The translations under genes and the position numbers were made by a program. Below are positions 26,972 through 34,887 of a stretch of 64,000 bases of DNA, piece by piece. Under the pieces are notes generated by a model. It saw only the letters and a program-made list of their open reading frames with translations, ran no database searches and was not told the DNA's origin. Within the stretch, counting starts at the first letter, position 1; every line of letters begins with the position of its first letter. The stretch covers positions 124,001-188,000 of IMG/VR virus record IMGVR_UViG_3300024308_000188; one strand, given 5' to 3'.

Positions 26972-28435
26972 ATGAAAGTAACTCCTAATGAAGCTTTAGT
27001 CGGTAAAAAAATTACTCTGTTAGATGGTTCGCGTGACACTATCACAGAGACAACTAAAACTGGTTACAAACTGCAAGGTCGTCGTAAAGGCGTTGCCGCA
27101 AATTGTGTTGTACGTGATGGTCAAAAGTTTGAAGAAATCGATCAGCCTGTTGACGGTGCAAAAGTTGGTTCTGGTTATGTGACTTTGCCAAAAGTTAAAA
27201 AAGCTCCGGCCAAAGCCGACAAAAAAGCTCCAGCAAAAGCTCCGGCCAAAGCCGACAAAAAACCAGCTGGCAAAAAAGTTGCTGAAACAAAACCTGCACG
27301 TAAGTCTGCCGCCAAAGTTGTGGAAGAACTGGAAGAAGTTGACGCCATTACTATCGAAAATGTTACTGAACAGTCAGGTGAAATTCGTTCAGCGGTTGAA
27401 GAAATTCTGCGCGAACATTTGCCAAAACGCTTTGACAATTTCGTTAGCGTAAACACTGGCGCACAGATCGAAGAAGAAGGTGGCGATCCGACCGTTATTC
27501 TTTGCATGTCAGATTTAACTTTTGACATTCCTGAAGAAGAGGAAGAGTTAGAAGAAGAACTAGAAGAACTGGAAGAAGAGGAAGAAGCTGTAGAATTTAA
27601 CTTCAGCGAAGAAACTTTATCTCTGGTTGAAGAAGGTCTGTGGGAAAGTCAGGTTGCCGCGAATTCAAAAGTTGCTCAACGTGTGTTTGCCGCACTGCAA
27701 CTGGACGAAGAAGAAATGGAAGAGTTTGTCATCGGTTCACGCTTAGTTGACGAAGATGGTAAAACTTACTACTTTGCTGGTATGCAACGTGATCCAGTTC
27801 GTTTGATTCTGGAAGATGAAAACGGTGAACCAAAAGATGTTGGTTCAAAAGACTTTGAAAGTTTAGACTTTGTTCCTTTCTCTGAAGAAGAGGAAACAGA
27901 AGTTGATGAACTGGAGGAAGAAGAAGTTGATGAACTGGACGAGCTGGACGAAGCCGAAGAAGAGGAAGAAGAATCTGAAGATGATTCAAATCTTTTAGAA
28001 GGCTGTGAATCTGCTGAAGAAGCCGCTGACGCACTGGCCGATTACTCTGAATCAGAAATCCGCACTTTCATCTTTGGTGCTGTTGATTTAGGTGAAGAAG
28101 GTAGCGAAGATTACGAAGCTACTGTTGATTACATCGAAGGTTTGGATAAAGAAGAACTGATCGAATACGTGGTCAGCCTGTTCTTTGAAGAAACTGACGA
28201 AGAGGAAGAGGAAGAAGAAGTTGAGGAAGGCATTACTGCCGAGGAAATCAACGAAATCCGCGACTTCGATTCTTTACTGGAAATTGCAAAACAATACAGC
28301 GATAAAGTTGGTAAAGTTTCGCAGAACATCCGTCACTTCCGTAAAATCAAAGCGTTGAAAGCTTTACTGATTGAAAAGTTGGTTGACGCTGAAGAAACTA
28401 CTGGCGAAGAGGACTTCGAGTTCGAGAGCGAGTAA
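26972..28435 (+). CDS. bipartite low-complexity protein: histone-like KKAPAK repeats plus a very acidic C-terminal two-thirds
   Basis: KKAPAKADKKAPAKAPAKADKK followed by multiple poly-Glu tracts; AAGGA RBS before MKVTPNE. Confidence 0.82.
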   Translation: MKVTPNEALVGKKITLLDGSRDTITETTKTGYKLQGRRKGVAANCVVRDGQKFEEIDQPVDGAKVGSGYVTLPKVKKAPAKADKKAPAKAPAKADKKPAGKKVAETKPARKSAAKVVEELEEVDAITIENVTEQSGEIRSAVEEILREHLPKRFDNFVSVNTGAQIEEEGGDPTVILCMSDLTFDIPEEEEELEEELEELEEEEEAVEFNFSEETLSLVEEGLWESQVAANSKVAQRVFAALQLDEEEMEEFVIGSRLVDEDGKTYYFAGMQRDPVRLILEDENGEPKDVGSKDFESLDFVPFSEEEETEVDELEEEEVDELDELDEAEEEEEESEDDSNLLEGCESAEEAADALADYSESEIRTFIFGAVDLGEEGSEDYEATVDYIEGLDKEELIEYVVSLFFEETDEEEEEEEVEEGITAEEINEIRDFDSLLEIAKQYSDKVGKVSQNIRHFRKIKALKALLIEKLVDAEETTGEEDFEFESE

Positions 28436-28527
28436 TTCTCTAGCTTAAGAGGAAGATGAAGAAGAGGAAGAATCTTTAACCAAGTAAATTGGCGGTAGGA
28501 ATTCCTACCGCCTAATCTGGAAAATTT

Positions 28528-29805
28528 ATGAATCAGCACACAAAGTTGATCTATTCAAGCATTTTGCATGAACAAGCGCCAAACGCTTTAACAAATTGTT
28601 TGATTACTACTGCTGTGCCTTTGTCTGGTGATCGTTGGGTAGCGCGAGGTAGCGCAAGCAGCGAACATCATTTCATGTTGCGTATATCACGTTCGCACCT
28701 TATTAATTTGTACAATCAAATTTGTCGTGGTAGTTATGTTGCTTGTGAAAAAGTTGCATTACTTTACGAATGCGGTTTAGCTTTGCCCCAAAGCAATATA
28801 AATAAAATGCTTTGGAATGAAGTCGCTGGTTATGATGCGGTTCAGTTGCCTGATTCCGTATTAACGAAAAAAGATCTAAGATCAGTTTTAAAAGAACACA
28901 TGCGCTCCGCTTTAGATTGCAGTGTGACTTATGTTCCTTCTGATCACTATTTAAAATTGATGAAGAGCATTTCTCAGTTCAAAATAGTAGATGGGCCAGC
29001 AAAATCTTGTTTAGGTAAAAGTTTTGTTCGTGTTCAAACTGACGCTTATGATATGTACTGCGTTTATAAAAAAGTTGCTGGTCAGACTAAGTTAGTTTCT
29101 GCTTTTCTGAATTACGTAGACTCCAAACAAAAAGAAAAGTTTGTTGATTTTACGTATCAAGCTTCAAACATTGTTCCACCGAATTTACCTGACGGTGCTT
29201 TTGGTAAAAGTGAGCAGTATTATGTTGTTTACGGCAAACTTGAGCGCAACGAATACGATCCTGAAATGGATTATGCTTCGGTGATTCATGAATGGATTAT
29301 TCACGATGTTGATCGTTTAGCTGAGATATATCGTGAACGTGCGGATCGAAAAAGTCCATATATTGGATTCTTAGATAAGTATCGTGAAAAGAAAGCAAAG
29401 GCAGTGCTTTATCTTTCAGAGTTCAATCAAATAAAACGGCCAACAAGACGCCAGATTAATTTGGCTGAAGCCGCTAAAAAGTTGATTGATGCTTTTGAAG
29501 AAAAGCGAGAAGCCAATCGTGAATTGCGTAAAAAAGCTCGTGAAGTTGCGAAAGCAAATGACCCAGTGAATTTATTTTGTTTTAAAGCATTAGATTTATT
29601 TCTTTGCTCAAATTCAAATGAGATCACATGCACTCCACCGAGCGTTAAACACCCTCAGATTATGAGCAAACTAAAAAGTTTGGGTTTTGTTTGTTGTGAT
29701 TCAAAAACAGCTCAGAGTTCCAGCCTCGAAAGCAGAAAGGGCAAAAATGGAACTCAGCCAGTTGTGAGAATTTCAAAACCTAAAATGTACTGGCAAAAAG
29801 CCTAG
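28528..29805 (+). CDS. hypothetical protein, 425 aa
   Basis: Long ORF after the hairpin GGCGGTAGG/CCTACCGCC. Confidence 0.8.
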   Translation: MNQHTKLIYSSILHEQAPNALTNCLITTAVPLSGDRWVARGSASSEHHFMLRISRSHLINLYNQICRGSYVACEKVALLYECGLALPQSNINKMLWNEVAGYDAVQLPDSVLTKKDLRSVLKEHMRSALDCSVTYVPSDHYLKLMKSISQFKIVDGPAKSCLGKSFVRVQTDAYDMYCVYKKVAGQTKLVSAFLNYVDSKQKEKFVDFTYQASNIVPPNLPDGAFGKSEQYYVVYGKLERNEYDPEMDYASVIHEWIIHDVDRLAEIYRERADRKSPYIGFLDKYREKKAKAVLYLSEFNQIKRPTRRQINLAEAAKKLIDAFEEKREANRELRKKAREVAKANDPVNLFCFKALDLFLCSNSNEITCTPPSVKHPQIMSKLKSLGFVCCDSKTAQSSSLESRKGKNGTQPVVRISKPKMYWQKA

Positions 29806-29813
29806 AGGACATT

Positions 29814-31964
29814 ATGCTAAAACCAAAACATAAGTTGTTGCCTAAAGTTAGTGCAGCTGCCGCTGCTTCTATGCAACAATCTAAAGTAGTGCCGAACTCA
29901 GCGCCTGTTGTGGCTGAACCAAAAACAAATGTTGGAGAAACCGCAATGTACGTTAACGAAGTTAAAATTCCTGCTCCAGAGAAAAAGCAATTCAATCCAT
30001 CTGTTGATTACACTAATCCGGTGAATCTTGAAGAGTTAAGTTTGAAAGGCCACAAAGATCTGTTGAACCATTTAGGTGGTAATGCGGAAGCTTTGTTGAA
30101 AGGTATTAAAAACGGTGCTGAATCTCGCAACAAACTTCGTGCCGAAATTGATCCGTTATTGGCCGCTTTATCTGGCGGAAATCCAGCAAACTCTACTTTT
30201 GATGAAGCTGATTTTGCCGAATTCGATCCGATGGTCGATTACTCAGACGCTTCAAAAGTTGAACAACTTTCTGATGACGGTCTGGCCGATCTGCTTATTC
30301 ACTTAGGCGGTTATGCCGATGAAGCTACAGAAAACGCTGAAACTTCAGACGAAGCTCGTCAAATGTTGATTGCAGCAATCAACAAAATTTATGCTGAAGA
30401 TTCAGATGAAAGCACAACTGTAGTTGTTGATGCTGTGCCGACTGCCAGCGATTTTGAAGCCGAAGAGTCGAGCGAATTTGATTTTGCAGAAAACGAAACT
30501 GTTTCAACAGCGCAGGTTATGCAGGAAATCACCGGAACTGAAAAAGTTGATGATTCAGATTTTGATGAACTTCTGGAACATGCTACCAACGGTGACGAAG
30601 ATAAATTTCTGGAAGTTTTGGACTCTATGGATCGCAAAGCCTTGCTTTCTCATTTTGAACAGCACATTAGCTTAACAGCTGATCAGCTTTCAGAAATTTC
30701 TGACTTAGGTACTTCAGAAATTCGTGAAGAATTACGCGGTCAGTATTCTGACGTTCTGGCCGTTGCTGAAAACAAAGCTTTGGCTGAAGTAGAAGCCGAA
30801 GATGATTCAGAAACTTCTGACGAAACTGACGACTTTGAAACTCATGAAGAAGAAGTCGAAGAAGTTGAACGCGACGATCCTGAAAACTATGTTTCTGATG
30901 AAGATGAAGAAGATGGTGTTCAGATTGAATTCACCGAAGAACAATTGGCTGAAATGGATGCCGAAATCGAAGCAGAAATGCAAGCTGAGGCTGAAGCTGA
31001 AGCTTTGAATGCCGAAGTGATTCGTCACTTAGAAGAAGTAGATTATTTAGGTTCAGAAGTTCCGCACTTTGAACTTACAACTTCTTCTCGCATTATTCTG
31101 GTTTTATCGGCTGGCACACAGCAAACTCGTGAAATCGATCAGGAAGAACTGGCCGCAATTTACATTGGCGAAAATGCAATGTGTGCCAATCATCCGTTAC
31201 GCCGTCGTGAAACCGATGACAAAAACATGGGCTGGTTTGTAGATCCAATGCAATCATTATCGCAAATGGTTGCAGAGTTTAACATGAAGCAGCGCGTTTA
31301 CTGCGGCCCAACAATTGCTGTTCATCAAACCGTTTATGGTATTTGTGAGAACCTGCAAAAAGTTGCAAAAGCTTTGGTCTACGGTTTAACCGATGACAAC
31401 GTATTACCAGAAGGTATCGATTTAAGCGACTTAGCTTCTATCAATGTTCAACCTTCAGTCGGTGATACTGAAAATGAAATCGTGTACAACTTTTTCGTAT
31501 CTCTGAACGTCCCAATGTTGGGCCGTAGCCGTGATTCAGAAAAGTTGCGCGGAAATCTGACGGCACTAAAAAAATCTGCTCAAGCAATTGCTGATGAAGC
31601 GACAGAAGAGTCGATTGAAATCATGGTTACTTTTGCAGCCGATTTAGATCTGCTGTTAAAATCTCGTGCTGTTGTTGATCTGTTTAACAAAACAGGCTAC
31701 TATAGCCGCGAACAGTTAGTTGAATATGTTCGTGAAAAAGCAGAACAGGCCGCTGAAATGCAGGACTCTGAATTTGAATTCGATGGTGAATTGGATGAAG
31801 AGTACGAAAGCGAAGAAGTTGAAGAAACAGAAGAAGAAATTGATTCAGAAGAAGAAACTGAGTCAGAAGTCGAAACCGACATTGTTCACACTCTGTTATC
31901 TGATTTTGATTCAATTTCTTACCTGTTGCCGTGGTCTGCAAACTCAATGATTGTCATTGAGTAA
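29814..31964 (+). CDS. large, highly acidic protein with repeated short helical modules
   Basis: 716 aa, D/E-rich linkers, basic N-terminus MLKPKHKLLPK; GAGGA RBS. Confidence 0.82.
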   Translation: MLKPKHKLLPKVSAAAAASMQQSKVVPNSAPVVAEPKTNVGETAMYVNEVKIPAPEKKQFNPSVDYTNPVNLEELSLKGHKDLLNHLGGNAEALLKGIKNGAESRNKLRAEIDPLLAALSGGNPANSTFDEADFAEFDPMVDYSDASKVEQLSDDGLADLLIHLGGYADEATENAETSDEARQMLIAAINKIYAEDSDESTTVVVDAVPTASDFEAEESSEFDFAENETVSTAQVMQEITGTEKVDDSDFDELLEHATNGDEDKFLEVLDSMDRKALLSHFEQHISLTADQLSEISDLGTSEIREELRGQYSDVLAVAENKALAEVEAEDDSETSDETDDFETHEEEVEEVERDDPENYVSDEDEEDGVQIEFTEEQLAEMDAEIEAEMQAEAEAEALNAEVIRHLEEVDYLGSEVPHFELTTSSRIILVLSAGTQQTREIDQEELAAIYIGENAMCANHPLRRRETDDKNMGWFVDPMQSLSQMVAEFNMKQRVYCGPTIAVHQTVYGICENLQKVAKALVYGLTDDNVLPEGIDLSDLASINVQPSVGDTENEIVYNFFVSLNVPMLGRSRDSEKLRGNLTALKKSAQAIADEATEESIEIMVTFAADLDLLLKSRAVVDLFNKTGYYSREQLVEYVREKAEQAAEMQDSEFEFDGELDEEYESEEVEETEEEIDSEEETESEVETDIVHTLLSDFDSISYLLPWSANSMIVIE

Positions 31965-31982
31965 GCTGCTGGTCTGCTAAAA

Positions 31983-31990
31983 CTGTAAAT
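31983..31990 (+). promoter_or_regulatory. CTGTAAAT candidate phage promoter
   Basis: Intergenic; followed by the long leader hairpin GGCAGGTC/GACCTGCC. Confidence 0.5.
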
Positions 31991-32087
31991 ACATAGGCAG
32001 GTCGGGAGGAATTTTAGAATTCTGACCTGCCGATGATAATGTAATAACTGTCGCTTTTGACTAAAATCGCAAAGGAAATTTATAGCT

Positions 32088-32609
32088 ATGTCAAACCAAA
32101 AGAAACTGCCTTTAACCAAAGGCAAAGCCCCTGTAAAAGCTGCCGGTAAAGTACCTGCCAAAGCTCCTGCTACAAAAGTTAAGAAAGCTGGCCAGCCTTC
32201 AATGCTTGATAAGTTTGAAAGCAAACTTTCCAAAATTTCTTTACGCAAGCACAACCCTAAAATGGAATTACGTGTTCGTATTGTTGCGAAACGCACTGCC
32301 CAACACCTGCAAGGTTATTTGCTGAAAATCGAAGGTGAATCTTTTGTTTTCTCACACACAAAACCTCGTTCTTCCAAGCAAACAGTTTCAATCTTTCCAG
32401 CGAAAGATGTAATCATGTACACTGGTGCTGTAGGTGAACGCGCTCAAATCACCGTGATGTCACAAGAAGTTGTTCGTGAAATCAAACGTGCCAATGTTGA
32501 AACTCGCGGTTCTGCCAATGTTATCACAAATCTGGACACTGGTGACGTTACTGTTTTTAATACGTCAAATACTGACGGCTTTGAAATGCAGACCGAACTG
32601 GCCGAGTAA
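32088..32609 (+). CDS. basic protein: K/A/P-rich N-tail plus a small beta domain
   Basis: KKLPLTKGKAPVKAAGKVPAKAPATKVKK; AAGGA RBS. Confidence 0.8.
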   Translation: MSNQKKLPLTKGKAPVKAAGKVPAKAPATKVKKAGQPSMLDKFESKLSKISLRKHNPKMELRVRIVAKRTAQHLQGYLLKIEGESFVFSHTKPRSSKQTVSIFPAKDVIMYTGAVGERAQITVMSQEVVREIKRANVETRGSANVITNLDTGDVTVFNTSNTDGFEMQTELAE

Positions 32610-32651
32610 TTCTTTTCAAGTATTCCCTTAGTTTAGTCTGCTTTGGGAATA

Positions 32652-32659
32652 CTGTAAAT
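32652..32659 (+). promoter_or_regulatory. CTGTAAAT candidate phage promoter
   Basis: Intergenic, abutting the hairpin AGTATTCCC/GGGAATACT. Confidence 0.5.
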
Positions 32660-32721
32660 TCTTTAGTATACCTAAATGGTATAAACAATTTTTTATAACA
32701 GTAGAACATTGGGAAAATATC

Positions 32722-33447
32722 ATGTCAAAGAAAAAGACCGCCGGAAAAACAGTTGCTTCTGCGTTACTGGAATTGCTGACAGTTTGTGTTGAAGAAGGTG
32801 TTATCGAAGCTGATGACGTTGTTGCCGCTGTAGGCGCTCCTGCCGGTAAATCCTCCAAAGGCAAAAAATCCAAAAAGGATGAAGAAGTCGAAGAGGAAGA
32901 AGAGGAAGAAGAGTCTGATGAACCAGACTTTGAAGAAATGAATCTGAAGCAGCTGAAAAAGTTTGCTAAAGACAACGAAATCGAGATCCCTAAAAAGATC
33001 AAAGATGAAGATGACCTGCGCGAGTTTTTAGCTGAGCAGTATTCCGAAGAGGAAGAGGAAGAAGAGGAAGAAGAGGAAGAAGAATCTGATTCTCCTGACT
33101 TCGAGGACATGGATCACAAAGCACTGAAAAAGTTTGTGAAAGAAAATGATCTGGAAGTTCCTGCCAAAGTTCTGAAAGACGAAGATGACCTGCGCGAGTG
33201 GTTGGAAGAAAACTATTCCTCTGACGAAGAAGAGGAAGAAGAGGAAGAAGAGTCTGAAGAACCAGACTTTGAAGAAATGGATTTAAAAGAAATGAAGGCT
33301 TTCGCAAAAGAAAACGATCTTGAGCCGCCTAAGAAGGCGCTGAAGAACGAAGATACTCTGCGTGAGTGGCTGGAAGAAAACTATTCCTCTGACGAAGAAG
33401 AGGAAGAGGAAGAAGAGGAAGAAGAGGAAGAGTGGGAAGAAGATTAA
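32722..33447 (+). CDS. extremely acidic protein with three tandem ~40 aa helical modules separated by poly-Glu
   Basis: 3x PDFE(E/D)M..K.LK.F.K.N.LE.P.K.LK.ED.LREWL.E.YS-E(n). Confidence 0.85.
   Translation: MSKKKTAGKTVASALLELLTVCVEEGVIEADDVVAAVGAPAGKSSKGKKSKKDEEVEEEEEEEESDEPDFEEMNLKQLKKFAKDNEIEIPKKIKDEDDLREFLAEQYSEEEEEEEEEEEEESDSPDFEDMDHKALKKFVKENDLEVPAKVLKDEDDLREWLEENYSSDEEEEEEEEESEEPDFEEMDLKEMKAFAKENDLEPPKKALKNEDTLREWLEENYSSDEEEEEEEEEEEEEWEED
32923..33440 (+). repeat. three ~170 bp direct repeats plus GAAGAGGAA tracts
   Basis: CCAGACTTTGAAGAAATG, GAAGATGACCTGCGCGAG and GAAGAAAACTATTCCTCTGACGAAGAAGAGGAAG recur. Confidence 0.85.
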
Positions 33448-33535
33448 TCCCTGACCTCTAACTAACCTTCTTTAAAATTTAAAGCGATGTGTATTGCATC
33501 GCTTTCCTTTAATTCGCAATAAGAGAAATTGAAAA

Positions 33536-34003
33536 ATGAGTAAACAAGCTATTTCCGCACTGAACAAAAGTGCAACTGCTTCTACAAAGCAAGCCGCTGC
33601 TTTACGCAAACAAGCAGAAGCTTTAGTTAAAGCCGCTGAACAAGCAGAAGCAGTTGCTGCCGCTACAAAACAGCAAGCCGAAGCTTTAGCAGGTAATCCA
33701 GCTCCTGCCGCAAAAGCTCCTGCCAAAGCTGACAAAAAAGCTCCGGTAGCCGATAAGAAAGCTCCGGCCAAAGCGGATAAGAAAGCTGACAAAAAAGCTG
33801 ACAAAAAAGCTCCGGCCAAAGCGGATAAGAAAGCTGATAAAAAGTCTGCTGACAAAAAAGCTCCGGCCAAGTCAGACAAGAAAGCTGACAAAAAGCCAGC
33901 TGATAAAAAGTCTGCTGACAAAAAAGCTCCGGCCAAGTCAGACAAGAAAGCTGACAAAAAGCCTTCTACAAAAAAGAAAAATAACGACTTCGATTTTGAA
34001 TAA
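33536..34003 (+). CDS. histone H1-like / AlgP-like Lys-Ala-Pro DNA-condensing protein
   Basis: N-terminal Ala-rich coiled coil followed by repeated KKAPAKADKK / KADKK units. Confidence 0.8.
   Translation: MSKQAISALNKSATASTKQAAALRKQAEALVKAAEQAEAVAAATKQQAEALAGNPAPAAKAPAKADKKAPVADKKAPAKADKKADKKADKKAPAKADKKADKKSADKKAPAKSDKKADKKPADKKSADKKAPAKSDKKADKKPSTKKKNNDFDFE
33712..33963 (+). repeat. tandem imperfect repeats encoding KKAPAK(A/S)DKK
   Basis: AAAGCTCCGGCCAA, GCTGACAAAAA and GATAAGAAAGC repeated. Confidence 0.85.
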
Positions 34004-34025
34004 TAAATTTTAGTCGTTATAAAAC

Positions 34026-34050
34026 AAAAGCCGCTTCTTGCGGCTTTTTT
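34026..34050 (+). terminator. intrinsic terminator
   Basis: AAAAGCCGC-ttctt-GCGGCTTTTTT. Confidence 0.85.
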
Positions 34051-34082
34051 CGTAAAAGTTCTCTAGCGAATGGAATTGAGAA

Positions 34083-34511
34083 ATGAACACGAGTTTGGCT
34101 CATGTAACCAATAATCTGCTTCACATAAAAGATCCTGTTGAGCTTTATGCTTACATGGTTTCTTACCGCACTTCGCTTCGCCTCAACTTACTTGAGCTAG
34201 AGCAACAAAAAACTGAACAAACAAACTTAGTTGCAAAGGGAAATAGAATCCTTACTAAAAACAAGGACAATCTAGATCCAGAAGATATTGCAATTTGGGA
34301 AGGTTCAGTATCTTGCGCCAAAGCCTCTTTGGAAATTCTAAAAGTTAGTCTGATGGAAACCTCTATGGTTCTTGATGCTGTTAATGCAAATATTTCCTTG
34401 CTAGGGAAACATTATAATCTCAGCGAAGAAAAGATTTTATCTACTCAGATTGATAGCATTAACGAATATTTCCGAAAATGTTTGGGGATAACTTTAAATG
34501 CCGAGCATTAA
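34083..34511 (+). CDS. hypothetical coiled-coil protein
   Basis: 142 aa ORF. Confidence 0.7.
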   Translation: MNTSLAHVTNNLLHIKDPVELYAYMVSYRTSLRLNLLELEQQKTEQTNLVAKGNRILTKNKDNLDPEDIAIWEGSVSCAKASLEILKVSLMETSMVLDAVNANISLLGKHYNLSEEKILSTQIDSINEYFRKCLGITLNAEH

Positions 34512-34875
34512 AAAGCGCTTGACTTCTTTGCAGAATCAAGGAACTTCGTGGTTTGAAAAGTTTGAGGCTAAGGTTGATGTTTTCCGGCAAGATGTTTTCC
34601 GAGCTTTTATTTTGGATGGTTATATTTTCCTGATAACAGCTACAGGTAACTCAATCACAGCACCTATTGAAATTGTCGCCACCGTTCTTGACGAAAATTT
34701 TTCTCAGATACCAGTCAAGTTGGATTCTTCTGATCTGAAATTGGTTAATGCTTATGTAAAAGTTCTTAACCTTATTTCTTCTGGAAGATTACCAGATGCT
34801 GATCCAGATCTGACTTCAAAAATAATTCAAGTGTTGGAGTCTCGTTATTTCAATACAAATAACAATACGCCTTAA
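34498..34875 (+). CDS. hypothetical protein
   Basis: Overlapping start; 125 aa. Confidence 0.7.
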   Translation: MPSIKKRLTSLQNQGTSWFEKFEAKVDVFRQDVFRAFILDGYIFLITATGNSITAPIEIVATVLDENFSQIPVKLDSSDLKLVNAYVKVLNLISSGRLPDADPDLTSKIIQVLESRYFNTNNNTP

Positions 34876-34887
34876 GGAAAGATCCCA

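Noticed and set aside
33749-33756. Perfect GCCGATAA sigma28 -10 inside the histone-like gene
   Set aside because: No TAAA at the correct spacing, deep inside a repeat-coding region, and explained by Ala-Asp-Lys codons.
32628-33957. Long minus-strand ORFs (32628-33110, 32999-33307, 33472-33957) and similar ones at 27175-28329 and 30389-31947
   Set aside because: Shadows of low-complexity + strand repeats (poly-Ser, AFLSA); no RBS, and they fully overlap better genes.
32923-33963. Regular repeats considered as a CRISPR array
   Set aside because: Repeats are in-frame protein repeats without unique spacers; no cas genes are present.
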